Source: Oikopleura dioica (lineage: Eukaryota; Animalia; Chordata). Taken from it: DNA of 64,000 nucleotides. The stretch covers positions 11,718,001 through 11,782,000 of the forward strand of contig OU015566.1 in assembly GCA_907165135.1 (NCBI GenBank). The letters are read 5' to 3'. The stretch's first letter is position 1, and every line of letters begins with the position of its first letter. A model generated the notes under the pieces. That model made no database searches and was not told where the DNA came from. It saw nothing but the letters and a program-made list of their open reading frames with translations. This document shows positions 11,646 to 24,800 of this stretch, piece after piece. A program made the position numbers and the translations under genes.

Positions 11646-13749
11646 TTAGACCCGGCCAAGAAGTGAGCTTTCTTTCGTTTCGTCCTTTGTTACCACGAGA
11701 TTTCTCTCACCATCGCATACTCGCAGAAAAGACTTCAATCCACGAGAGTCGGCGTAAGCGATGATGAACTTTATCGCTACTTTTGACGTGTAATGATTAG
11801 AGAACAGGTGCCCCGTTCTGTCAGGAGCTCTGACGAGGTCGTCGATGAAGTTCTTGTAGTAGGTCTAGAAATTTTTAAAAAGCAGACTTATTGGTTTCAT
11901 CTTACATAACTACCGCCTGGTGGTAGATTATCAGGCGCTCCCATAGCGTCCTCTTGGTGCAGTTCTTCAATGCTTTTCGCCAAGTTATACTTCTTTGCAT
12001 TGATTTGAGTGACCTTGAATTTTTCATCCCCTTTCGCTCCGGCCTGGTCAGCTGGCGCCAGAACAGACTCATCCTCTTCGTCCAGAAATTCGTCCAGTCC
12101 TGCTTGTTGTTTCAGCCAATTCTCTTTTCTTTTGTTTATCTTGTCGTTCATTCGTTTCATCACCACTTTGTCTTCTGTCTTGATGAAGTCTAAAATAAAT
12201 TTTGAGCTCGTAATTAACTGACTAAAAAGGAATTTACTTTTGTACGGAAGGTCCTCGTCGTGCAGGTCATCTTGGAACGATTCGTACATTCTTTACGGGA
12301 ATAAGATAAAAAGTAAGAAAGGATAGATCAAACCTTCGAGCATCGTCAAACGAGTTGAAAATGTCGCGCGAGTAGAGCTCCATCAAATTGCGTCTCGTCC
12401 TTGTCAATCTGCTGTAGAATGACTTCAAAAATTCGTTGAATCTTTTTTGGTCCTCATCTTCATCTCTCAGAAAAATTTCTTTCAGTTCTTCGAAGTGCAG
12501 CATACATCGTTCGCCATGCTCGATTCCTTTTTTGTAAAGAATTGGCTTCGCTTTTCGCCAGGAAAGGCAGGCATCCGTGTGCAGGTTGATCATCATCTTT
12601 CTCATCTAAAAATTGGTAAGGATGATGATTGAGGAGCTCTTCTCACCTCAATTTCTTCGTCCAGATTTTTCAAACACGCGCGTTCCAAGATGTCCACCGC
12701 CAAGTTGAGAAGTTCACCACTTCGCTCCGCTCCATGATAATTCCCAATGTTTAAGCCGGTCTTTTTGTATGTTTCTTCGCCAGTACTTCTGTTGACCTTT
12801 CTTTTGACTTCCGATGCCTATAAAAATAGAAAATTATTTATCAAAGCCTTTGATTCGAAGCTCCTACCTTTTCGAACATTTGCTTTGCCTGGCTTCTGAG
12901 CATAATGCAAGTAGCTAGAATTGTTCGAAGCGGAATTTTCGCTCTATCCTTCATCGGCATTTTTCGAAATCGATCCTCGATCTCGAAGGTGATAAATTTA
13001 ATGTAAACTTGGAAGACAATAACCGCATTGCCAGGAATTCGTGGAAGTATCCCCCATTTTCCGTACGCCCACTGCGGCTGGCAAATTACAAAGTGCTGTG
13101 ATCCTTGAGTCATAAGCAGAAGAGCTTCTTCTAGGCCTGGGAGAAGGCTTCCGTCGCCGATCTGTACGAGTTCCGAATATCCTTGAGAACAAAATTAAAG
13201 CAAAATGTTTTCAAACCGCATTTTACCTTTTTCTGGATTATCCCCTCGATCGTAACTGTAATCGACAGGCCTCGCTAAGAGATCATCACCGATCCACATC
13301 GCATAATTGAGACTCACTAAGAATGAGGTTTGAAAGCAGGAGTTGAGAATAATCGCTAGAATGGTACCTAATGGATTGTAGGGCAAGTCTCCATATTCTC
13401 CCCAAAGTTCTCGCATTCTCTCTCGCTCCGCTGCTAGTGCACTGCCTACCGTCATTCCGAACCCTTTCTCGTTTACTGATTCCTTCGTTATTCGCACCCC
13501 ACCATTTGTACCTAAATTTGGCACAATGAAATCAACAAAGACTCACTCCTGCAAACCTGGAACTTCCTCCGTGATTGAAATAAGATGTTCCATTCTTTCT
13601 TTCGAATTCGCGCCAGGAAAGTCACGTGGGAAAAGAAGACGATCAAAACGGTGCTTCTTCGCAATCTCTTCTTGAAAATTCTCGTTGTAGTTGTCATCAT
13701 CGCTGTCTAATTCGTAAATAGAAACTCCCTCCATCGATAAGTTCTCCAT
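11646..13749 (-). CDS. FKBP6: FKBP-type PPIase/TPR co-chaperone, FKBP6/shutdown-like
   Basis: LLPGLEEALLLMTQGSQHFVICQPQWAYGKWGILPRIPGNAVIVFQV, followed by EDRFRKMPMKDRAKIPLRTILATCIMLRSQAKQMF, which resembles the FKBP6 FKBP-to-TPR junction. Helical C-terminal exons; stop at 11646. Confidence 0.7.
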
Positions 13750-14115
13750 TCCAGCGATTTCTCTTTTTGTAAGAAAAAATATTATCGATCGACGATCGTG
13801 TGAAATTTGAAGAATGAGTTTCGTAGTCTGACCAATCAGAGTCTCTTTTCCGAAATCCGAAGTAAGCCTACTCGTTTCATTTTCCCTTTTCAGGGTGGGA
13901 AAAATTACGAAACAAACTAAACGGCCAAAATCTTTTTTCAAGAAAAAAATATTATCAGTCAGGCCATCTTTCTAAAACCGTCTATCTATATTTGCCAACC
14001 CCCGCCAAGATCGATCGTAACCAACCGTGAATCTTTTTCTAGGGGCGCCACCTAGTTTTTCGAGATAGATAAAAGCGAGGCAATGGAGTGATTTCCAAAA
14101 CAAAAAAGAAAGACA

Positions 14116-14508
14116 ATGTGCAAGTTGAAGGAAAATTGCAACTTTTGTGAACCCAAAGACGTTGGTCTGACTTCCCTCAGGGGCCAGAAGCTCTGTCCAG
14201 AGTATCTTTCACGACTCTACAAGAAATTTCCCACACTTCCTCAAGACCGCATCCTCAACCCAGAAAATTTGAGCGAGACTCTCAAGAGCTTAGCCGAGAA
14301 GAACGAAGAAGAACTGGTCGATATCAACCGACGAACTGAAGAGGTCAATTCAATCCTGCTTCGACTCAACAGCAAAATAATGGAACTGAAGATTATCAAG
14401 GAGGAGAGCCTCAAGGAGCAGTCTGCCCTCTGGTTTCTGGCTGATTCGATCATCAAGACAGAAGAAGCGGATCTCCAAAAGAAGAACTTATCAAAGAAAA
14501 ACCCGTAA
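14116..14508 (+). CDS. Small coiled-coil protein with N-terminal Cys cluster
   Basis: Intact 130-aa ORF with C..C..C..C N-terminus and a heptad-rich C-terminus. Confidence 0.5.
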   Translation: MCKLKENCNFCEPKDVGLTSLRGQKLCPEYLSRLYKKFPTLPQDRILNPENLSETLKSLAEKNEEELVDINRRTEEVNSILLRLNSKIMELKIIKEESLKEQSALWFLADSIIKTEEADLQKKNLSKKNP

Positions 14509-14689
14509 ATACACTTGTATGTGCTCTTCCCAAATTAAAGCTTAAAAATAAATTAATCACTAAAAACAGTATCCGCCGGAGTTTGTTACGCAAGAAGGAC
14601 AAAAGTTATTCCTGTGAAAATTGCATATGCTTTCGTTTTACTTAATTTCAGTCGCACTCAATGACCTCACTTATTCTGAGAGAGGACAA

Positions 14690-15848
14690 ATGAAGTCACT
14701 TAGCATTCTACCACTCGCAGTCCTAGCAGGAAAATGCCAAGAAAAGTGCAATTCCGACTTAGAGGTCTGCCTCGTTGACTGCATAACCCAATCGCCCGAG
14801 GATGTTCGCTGCCCAGGAGATTGTGCAAGAGCTGAAAGTGACTGTCTTTTCAGATGCCAGGACAGTAATTATGGCCTCTTCGCAGCTAGCGTAAGTTTTT
14901 GTTTCTAAGCGTTTCCTCAGTTCATTTGTAGAAAAACTACATGGAAGTCAACTTCGGAACAGATGTTGCTGAATATTCTTTCGACTTCGACTTTGCTGGG
15001 GTAAGAATAATTCACTAAGAAAGAACTAGAAGTTTTATTAGCACGACTTCGAAACTGCTTGCTCAGTTGAATTCGAGGGCGACTATTACATCATCGGCGG
15101 TATCAAAAACATCCAGCGAGTTTCTAAGGTATCATGGGAGTAGCAACCGTGTCCCATTCTTTTAATTTTCAGGTTTCGAACTGCGGACTGAGCCAGGTCG
15201 ATTTTATGTATCAAGCGTTCTACGGCCATCGTTGCACGAACTGGAATGGGGCTATCCATATCTGCGGATCGGAAGTTGACGCTGGCGCTTGTTGGAAATA
15301 TGTTCCAGGTTAACTTTTTCAATCATGACTCTGGAACTACCAATGTTTTAGGCCGTAGCCAGAATACCATCGCTAGAAGTCAATATGGCCACAGCGAGGG
15401 TGGGCTAGTCGTCTATGACAATTATCTTCTCCGAATCGCCGGTTACACTCAAAAAGTTGAAGCTTACGGCGAAGGCGACTCTTTCTGGTCCGATTTCAAC
15501 GCTGATTTGCCGTACGTCTTGAGTCAATTTGCAGCCCTTGTCGTAGACGATTCCATCTTCCTCTTTGGAGGATACTCCGGCGCCTCATACAGCCAAGTCG
15601 ACACAATTCTGCGCTTCGACAACAACTCAAGAAGCTGGGACCAAATTGGTCAGATGGAGTACAGCCGAAGGAATTTCGCAATCGTCCAGGAAGAAAATTT
15701 TGTTTACATTGCTGGAGGAGAAGAATTCAACCTGCCATTTGAGGTCTTTGATACAGAGACTTTCGAAACAAGTACTTTGGAAAGCATGTCGCAGAACTTC
15801 TACTACGCACAAATCATACCCGAAGAATTTTTGAACTGTCGAAGTTAG
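14690..15848 (+). CDS. Secreted protein with Cys-rich N-terminal module and kelch-like beta-propeller
   Basis: Signal MKSLSILPLAVLA; CQEKC..CLVDC..CPGDC..CLFRC module; kelch-type GG/W blades (IFLFGGY..ILRFD..W; VYIAGG) in ORF 15246..15848. Confidence 0.75.
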
Positions 15849-15878
15849 AATAAAATGAATGAGAATGTATTTAAATGA

Positions 15879-18800
15879 TCAAGTGGCAGGAAGAAGTTGG
15901 TCGATCATGAGTTCAAGCTTGTTGAATTTAGCGTCGTTATCTTCAACATGAGATGCAAGGGCCTACAAGTTTGCTATTTTCTATGAGATTTAGATTTACC
16001 GTTATTCGTCGATTTATACTCTGCATGAGGGCATCAACAGATGGTGTTTCGTCGAGACACTGTTTGTGCAGCTCTGTAACGGCCTTTTTCGTCACTTTTC
16101 CACTCGAAGTGTCCATATTGAACGCATCCTAGGAAAGCTATACCACTTTTACTTTCAACTTTCGTACCTTAGACATCGTATCTTCCTGAGTTTTGATAGT
16201 CGAGTTTAGGTACTCAATATGAATAAGCTCTGAAATTAGGTGGTAAATAATTAGTGAAGACGAGACCGCGAACCTGCTCTGTATTTATTCGGCATTTGAT
16301 AGACGGCTTCGAGGGTTTGCTTCACTTGATTTGACATTTTTTTGAATATCGCATCTTAATTTTATGAAGACCAAAATACTGATTGACAGAGTACTTGCTG
16401 AAATGAGCTTGATATCTTCGATCGCCAACGCAGCAATCAAATTGACAACAACCAACGGCATCACAATAATAAAAGAAGTGAAGATAATTATCAACGTATT
16501 TTGCGCAATGTCATCAAATGCTATAAACAAGGATGAAAATCAACAAAGAGCAATCGTACTTACATTTGCAATGATCTGTTTCTTCAGTCGCTTCTGGTCC
16601 CAACGCACTACACGGCGTCCCAAATAAATTCTCCCAAGCAAATTTTTCAACAAAAATCAAGCACGTGCTCAAATATGACTAAAAATTTTCAGATATTTCG
16701 GGGAAAAAATGAGTTTTCTTACATTGAAAAAAGTAGCGAAGCTGTCTCGATCCTGAAACATGATCACCATCAAAATCGCAGTCGCAAAAATGGACATGAA
16801 ACATAGAATCGAAAAGCTCGTGAATGTTTTCATGATTTGATTGAACATAATCACAAAGTATCCGATTCCAGGCATTTTCTGCATCTTTACGAGGAGCATC
16901 ATCCACGAAAGCCAAATTGCACAGATTCCGCAAACCCACTGCCACTGCAGAGGAGCACTACTTTCTTCGGGGTTCAAATTGATCGCAAATAGAAAGGTCA
17001 AAACAAACATGAGCATTTCTGCAAGATTGCTAGCCTTTTTCAAGAAATCGAGTCGCTGGTAGCTGATTCGTAAGAACATCACTACAAGCTTGAAAATACT
17101 ATAAATAATGAGGATCCAATCGAGCGCGCTTCGAATATTTCGCAATGAATGACAGTAGTTCATGTCATCTGGCATTTGCGACAAATGGATAGTATCGTAT
17201 TTAGCCGTTGGTAGAAGATTTCCATCATCATCTCGAGGCAAGTAATAATCGATTATCCCAACAAGGTCGATTCCATATTCATGACAGGCAATAGTTCTAT
17301 TTTGGCTGATCACATATGGTGGAGGAATCAAAAGGGCAAAGGCATTCAATAAACCAAGGTACAGCAAGTAGCCAAAAATGCTGAAGTAAAAGTAGTAAAA
17401 GCCTCCACTCTTCCACGTCTCCTGAGTCAAGGCGATCACAACTGGGTGGACAAGCAGGTCTGTCCGCTGGTGCTTGACCATCTTGAAACGGGCTCATGTA
17501 TCCCGTAATGTCGTTTGTTTTAACATTTTTCCTAAACGAATACAATCGTAGGATTTTACGATTTCCGTAACCGAAAAAGCTTATTTAAATTAACTGAGCA
17601 TTAAATATCAAGATACGAGCTGAAAGAATTGAGTTGACAAAATAAACTGTCGTCAGCGTCTATTGATCGATTCCCACGGCTGAAAAAGAGACGGATTCTA
17701 GAGCGTATCCAACTCAAAACTTGTAAGAGAAATGCCCTTAGCTAGCTGTGAATTGACTTCACTCTGCCCAAAAATGTGCAAAATCATTTGGAAAGGTAGT
17801 TTTTAGGGTTCGCAATCAAATAATTTCAAAATTTAAAATTGCTCTAAAAATAACCGTTTTCAGGATTCCCCCCTTTTCAATCATCAAGATTTCATTTCTG
17901 AAATCAGAATTTAAAAATCTTCAGTAGAACTCGAGATATGGCCCCGGAAAAAAGAACGAATTTCATCGGCGCGGGCTGCGCGCTGCGCTGTATGGGTGGC
18001 GCCCGAGTGCTGAAGCAAAGCGCCGAGTCAAACTCTGGCCCAAATCAATTTCACTTGTTCTTTTTCATTTTTTTATGATAATAAAATTAATAATTTAATA
18101 ACTTTAATTAAAAAATATTAGATAAATTAATAAAATATTTAATAATAACTTAACAAATAAAGTTAATAATAAAAATTAAAAAAAAAATAAATATAAATTA
18201 TATAAATACTCATAATTTAAATAAATTATAAAAAAAAAGCATAAATAAACAGAACTCACTCACTTTAGGAGTGTCACATTGATAAAAATAATTTTCTTGA
18301 AATCGCTTTCACGAAGAGGTACCCCGCTGTGTTTGCTTTACGATGGACGCCAGAATTTCATGCTTTGTAACATCATGTCAAACCACGTGCTCGGTCATGT
18401 GACTGGATGTCAGCTAATAACATGCGCAGCTTCATCTCAATATTGGGGATTTTCTTGAATATGTCGTCACAACTGGGTACCCTGCTGTGAATGGCTTATC
18501 ATCGTCGCCAGAATTTCACCTTCTGTCACATGATTTCGAAGCACATAATTAGTCATGTGACCAGATATCAGCTCAAAACATGCGCAGCTTCATCTCGATA
18601 TGGGGGATTTTCTTGAATATGTCGTCACGACTTGGTACCCTGCTGTGAATGGCTTATCATCGTCGCCAGAATTTCTCCTTCTATCACATGATGTCGAAGC
18701 ACACAATTAGTCATGTGACCAGATATCAGCTCAAAACATGTGCAGCTTCATCTCGATATGGGGGATTTTCTTGAAGATGTCGTCACGACTTGGTACCCTG

Positions 18801-21800
18801 CTGTGAATGGCTTATCCTCGTCGCCAGAGTTTCTCCTTTTGTCACATGATGTCGAAGCACACAATTAGTCATGTGACCAGATATCAGGTCAAAACATGTG
18901 CAGCTTCATCTCGATATGGGGGATTTTCTTGAAGATGTCGTCACGACTTGGTACCCTGCTGTGAATGGCTTATCATCGTCGCCAGAATTTCTCCTTCTGG
19001 CACATGATGTCGAATACCCACTAAGTCATGTGACCAGATATCAGCTCAAAACATGTGCAGCTTCATCTCGATATGGGGGATTTTCTTGAAGATGTCGTCA
19101 CGACTTGGTACCCTGCTGTGAATGGCTTATCCTCGTCGCCAGAGTTTCTCCTTTTGTCACATGATGTCGAAGCACACAATTAGTCATGTGACCAGATATC
19201 AGGTCAAAACATGTGCAGCTTCATCTCGATATGGGGGATTTTCTTGAAGATGTCGTCACGACTTGGTACCCTGCTGTGAATGGCTTTTCATCGTCGCCAG
19301 AATTTCTCCTTCTATCACATGATGTCGAAGCACACAATTAGTCATGTGACCAGATATCAGGTCAAAACATGTGCAGCTTCATCTCGATATGGGGGATTTT
19401 CTTGAAGATGTCGTCACGACTTGGTACCCTGCTGTGAATGGCTTATCATCGTCGCCAGAATTTCTCCTTCTGGCACATGATGTCGAATACCCACTAAGTC
19501 ATGTGACCAGATATCAGCTCAAAACATGTGCAGCTTCATCTCGATATGGGGGATTTTCTTGAAGATGTCGTCACGACTTGGTACCCTGCTGTGAATGGCT
19601 TATCCTCGTCGCCAGAGTTTCTCCTTTTGTCACATGATGTCGAAGCACACAATTAGTCATGTGACCAGATATCAGGTCAAAACATGTGCAGCTTCATCTC
19701 GATATGGGGGATTTTCTTGAAGATGTCGTCACGACTTGGTACCCTGCTGTGAATGGCTTATCATCGTCGCCAGAATTTCTCCTTCTGGCACATGATGTCG
19801 AATACCCACTAAGTCATGTGACCAGATATCAGCTCAAAACATGTGCAGCTTCATCTCGATATGGGGGATTTTCTTGAAGATGTCGTCACGACTTGGTACC
19901 CTGCTGTGAATGGCTTATCCTCGTCGCCAGAGTTTCTCCTTTTGTCACATGATGTCGAAGCACACAATTAGTCATGTGACCAGATATCAGGTCAAAACAT
20001 GTGCAGCTTCATCTCGATATGGGGGATTTTCTTGAAGATGTCGTCACGACTTGGTACCCTGCTGTGAATGGCTTATCCTCGTCGCCAGAGTTTCTCCTTT
20101 TGTCACATGATGTCAAAGCACACAATTTGTCATGTGGCCGGAAATCAGCTCAATACATGCGCAGCTTCCCCTCCACACTACTGATTTTCTTGAAGATGTC
20201 GTCATAACCGAGTTACCCCCGGATTCACCTCAACACTGACGATTTTCTCAAATATGTCGTCCTTAATGGTATCACCGATGAGAATGCCTTATAATCGACG
20301 CCCGAATTTTTCCGTTTGTCACACGAATATCGAGGAAATGTTTAGTTTTTTGACCAGATATCTTTTCTATACATGCGCAGCTTCACATTGATACTGATGA
20401 TTTTCTTTCTATGATCAACCTACCGCGCATCTTCATCATCATCAACCTCGGCGTCGTCCAACATTTCGCCGTCTAAGCGCGTTTAGATCAAATTCGAACT
20501 CATATTCACTCACCGAGATCGCCTCTGAAATCGTCCAGCTCCGGAATAGCTCGATAATCATTCTCCATTCCATCGCCGAAGAGTTCTTGTAGCGGCTCTC
20601 CAGCGCCAGATGAGTCGTTGTCAATCGCAGGCGACGAATCGCTGAATTAATGATTAATAGCTCCTTAATGATTTTCTTACTTTAGCCATTCATCTTTAGA
20701 CTCGTGCAGGTATGGGCCGTCATTGCTCAACTCCTCGAGACAATAAACAGTTTCCTTACGGATTCTCTCCGGATTTCGCAATTTTCTTGTTATGTTCGAT
20801 GTTGCTAAAGAATTGTTATTTACAAAAGCAAGAGTTTTTCGGATTACCATTTTTCGGAAAACAAAAAACTCTTATCAAACGAACAGACCCCCGGAAAATA
20901 CATGAGCGGAGCTAAATTTTTTAATACGAAATGATAAGAAATTAGAAATTACATTAGATGTGAGTAGACCATGTAGGTGACGGCTACGATCTTGCGGGTC
21001 TTGCAGTTGGAGCGATTTTTCGTCGAGAAACTCGAGAAAGTCGGATTTGATCGTTTTTTCAATTGCCGTAAGGGGCTTCCTGATACGGTTCTTACACTTT
21101 TCATTTCGTTTGATAAAATCAAAGCGATTGAACTATGAATTTTATTGAAAAAATGCAGCAAAAGATAAAATTTACCGAGGAAACATTTATCGGAAAAACA
21201 AGTTCACGATCGAATAGCGGCCCAACGAACTCGTCGGCGAAAGAGAAAACGATATTCACAATAGCCATGACTCTAAAATCTTAAAAATAAGGTCTTGAAC
21301 AAATTTTAAGGTAAAAAACGAAAAAAAAACACCAAAAAATCAATTTTTTAAAGAAAGTCCGATATTTTCACCGATAAACCGGTTAATACCGGTCATTATA
21401 TGTGGAGAAGAAAGAGGAGAAGCTACGGTTTCTAACAATATAAAAAAATAAAAATTTGGGCAGGGATTCGGGCTAAAACCGATAAATGTCCGGAAAACCG
21501 GCTTTTTCGGCGGCGTAAATATAAGCAGTCGGAAAAGGAAGAAAAATGACGTCGATTGATGTGCTGCAAGTCATAGTTTCTCTATTATTTTCTCTTTTTG
21601 GCAGCAATTCGCCTTTTTTCGTCTCGACGAGACTAAAAAGGTTGCACGTGCATGATGAGTCATACAGTACCAAAAATTTCAAAATTTTCAAAATAACGCA
21701 AAATTCAATTTATGGGCATCATTCGATAGGAAATCAAATTCTCTACAATTTTTATAATAGTAAAAGAAGATTCAACCCCTTTTTCAATGCAAAAAGGGAT

Positions 21801-24800
21801 GATTTGTCTCTTATCAGTAAAATTTCAACCTTTAAAAATTTTTCATTGTCCACATTTTTTCATTATTTTCTTTATAGATTTATACTAAGAATGTTAAGAC
21901 TCATTCATTTTTGACAAAAACAGCTAATACCTCATCAAGGTTTTCGAGATATTCGAGGTTGTCAATGTTGAACTTTTGGTGTTTCAAGCTATGATCTTGG
22001 CAATATAATAATTAATTAAAGGCTGAAGCTGCGCACGAATAGAGGCGAAATTCGGTCACATGATAGAACACATGTTCCAGAATCATGTGACAAAAGAAAA
22101 ATATCTGGCATCGACAATAAGGCTTCCACAGCAGGGTACCCAGTTGGGACAACATATTCAAGAAAATCGTCAGTATCAAGGTGAAGCTGCGCATCAATTG
22201 ACCTGATATCAACTCACATGACTCAACAGGTGTTCTCGAATCATGTGACAAAAGGAAAAGTTCTGGCATCGCTGATAACGCATTCACAGCGGAGTACTTA
22301 GTTAGGACAACGTATTCAAGTACTTCGTATGACATGTTTATGTCCGACAATATTGCTTTCTCCACAATTTTTCGACAATTTGTTATCAGATATGAATTTA
22401 TTATGCTCTTGTCTTTGTTTAAAAGATGTAAACAGCAAATACCTCATCAAAAGTTACAAGAAATTTAAAGTTGACTATGCTTAACTTATGGAACAACGGT
22501 TGAGACAATGTATTGAAGAAAATTGTCAGTATCACGGTGAAGCTGCGCATCAATTGACCTGATATCAAGTCACATGACTCAACACATGTTTTGCAATCAT
22601 GTGACAAAAAGAAAAGTTCTGGCATCGCTGATAAGGCATTCACAGCGGGGTACCCAGTAAGGACAACGTATTCGAGAAAATCGACAGTATCAAGGTGAAG
22701 CTGCGCATCAATTGACCTGATATTAAGTCACATGTCTCAACACGTGCTCCTGAATTATGTGACAAAAGAAAAATATCTGGCATCGACAATAAGGCTTCCA
22801 CAGCAGGGTAACCAGTTGGGCCCACGTATTCAAGAAAATCGTCAGTATCAAGGTGAAGCTGCGCATCAATTGACCTGATATCAAGTCACATGACTCAACA
22901 CATGTTTTGCAATCATGTGACAAAAGGAAAAGTTCTGGCATCGCTGATAAGGCATTCACAGCGGGGTACCCAGTCTGGCCAACGTATTCAAGAAAATTGT
23001 CAGTATCAAAGTGAAGCTGCGCATGTATTGACCTGATATCCGGTCACATGACTCAACACGTGTTCTGCAATCATGTGACAAAAGGAAAAGTTCTGGCATC
23101 GCTGATTAGGCATTCACAGCGGGGTACCCAGTTGGGACAACGTATTCAAGAAAATCGTCAATATCAAGGTGAAGCTGCGCATGTTTTGATCTGATACCTA
23201 GTCACATGTTTCAACACATGTTCTGCAATCATGTGACAAAAGGAAAAGTTCTGGCATCGCTGATAAGGCATTCACAGCGGAGTACCCAGTTGGAACAACG
23301 TATTCAAGAAAATCGTCAGTATCAAGGTGAAGCTGCGCATCAATTGACCTGATATCAAGTCACATGACTCAACAGGTGTTCTCAAATCATGTGACAAAAG
23401 GAACAGTTCCGGCATCTATGATAAAGCATTCACAGCGGGGTACCCAGCTGGGACAACGTATTCAAGAAAATTGTCAGTTTCAAGGGGAAGCTGCGCATAA
23501 ATTGAGCTGATATTAAGTCACATGACTCAACACATGTTTTGCAATCATGTGACAAAAAGAAAAGTTCTGGCATCGCTGATAAGGCATTCACAGCGGGGTA
23601 CCCAGTAAGGACAACGTGTTCGAGAAAATCGACAGTATCAAGGTGAAGCTGCGCATCAATTGACCTGATATTAAGTCACATGTCTCAACACGTGCTCCTG
23701 AATTATGTGACAAAAGAAAAATATCTGGCATCGACAATAAGGCTTCCACAGCAGGGAACCCAGTTGGGCCCACGTATTCAAGAAAATCGTCAGTATCAAG
23801 GTGAAGCTGCGCATCAATTGACCTGATATCCAGTCACATGACTCAACAGGTGTTATCGAATCATGTGACAAAAGGAAAAATTCTGGCATCGATGATCAGG
23901 CATTCACAGCGGGGTACTTAGTTAGGACAACGTATTCAAGTACATCGTATGACATGTTTATGTCCGACAATATTGCTTTCTCCACAATTTTTCGACAATT
24001 TGTTATCAGATATGAATTTATTATGCTCTTGTCTTTGTTTTAAAGATGTAAACAGCAAATACCTCATCAAAAATTACAAGAAATTTAAAGTTGACTATGC
24101 TTAACTTATGGAACAACGGTTGAGACAATGTATTGAAGAAAATTGTCAGTATCACGGTGAAGCTGCGCATCAATTGACCTGATATCAAGTCACATGACTC
24201 AACACATGTTTTGCAATCATGTGACAAAAGGAAAAGTTCTGGCATCGCTGATTAGGCATTCACAGCGGGGTACCCAGTCTGGCCAACGTATTCAAGAAAA
24301 TTGTCAGTATCAAAGTGAAGCTGCGCATGTATTGACCTGATATCCCGTCACATGACTCAACACGTGTTCTGCAATCATGTGACAAAAGGAAAAGTTCTGG
24401 CATCGCTGATTAGGCATTCACAGCGGGGTACCCAGTTGGGACAACGTATTCAAGAAAATCGTCAATATCAAGGTGAAGCTGCGCATGTTTTGATCTGATA
24501 CCTAGTCACATGTTTCAACACATGTTCTGCAATCATGTGACAAAAGGAAAAGTTCTGGCATCGCTGATAAGGCATTCACAGCGGGGTACCCAGTCTGGCC
24601 AACGTATTCAAGAAAATTGTCAGTATCAAAGTGAAGCTGCGCATGTATTGACCTGATATCCCGTCACATGACTCAACACGTGTTCTGCAATCATGTGACA
24701 AAAGGAAAAGTTCTGGCATCGCTGATTAGGCATTCACAGCGGGGTACCCAGTTGGGACAACGTATTCAAGAAAATCGTCAATATCAAGGTGAAGCTGCGC

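Noticed and set aside
17480-17545. Apparent frameshift in TRPA (YMSPFQ versus MVKHQR frames)
   Set aside because: More simply explained by a TTTCAAG acceptor directly before ATGGTC, i.e. the end of the large intron.
18898-20207. Four near-identical 63-68-aa ORFs (MQLHLDMG..) and similar ORFs in 22012-24245
   Set aside because: By-products of the tandem satellite. Stops recur with the repeat period and there is no domain signature.
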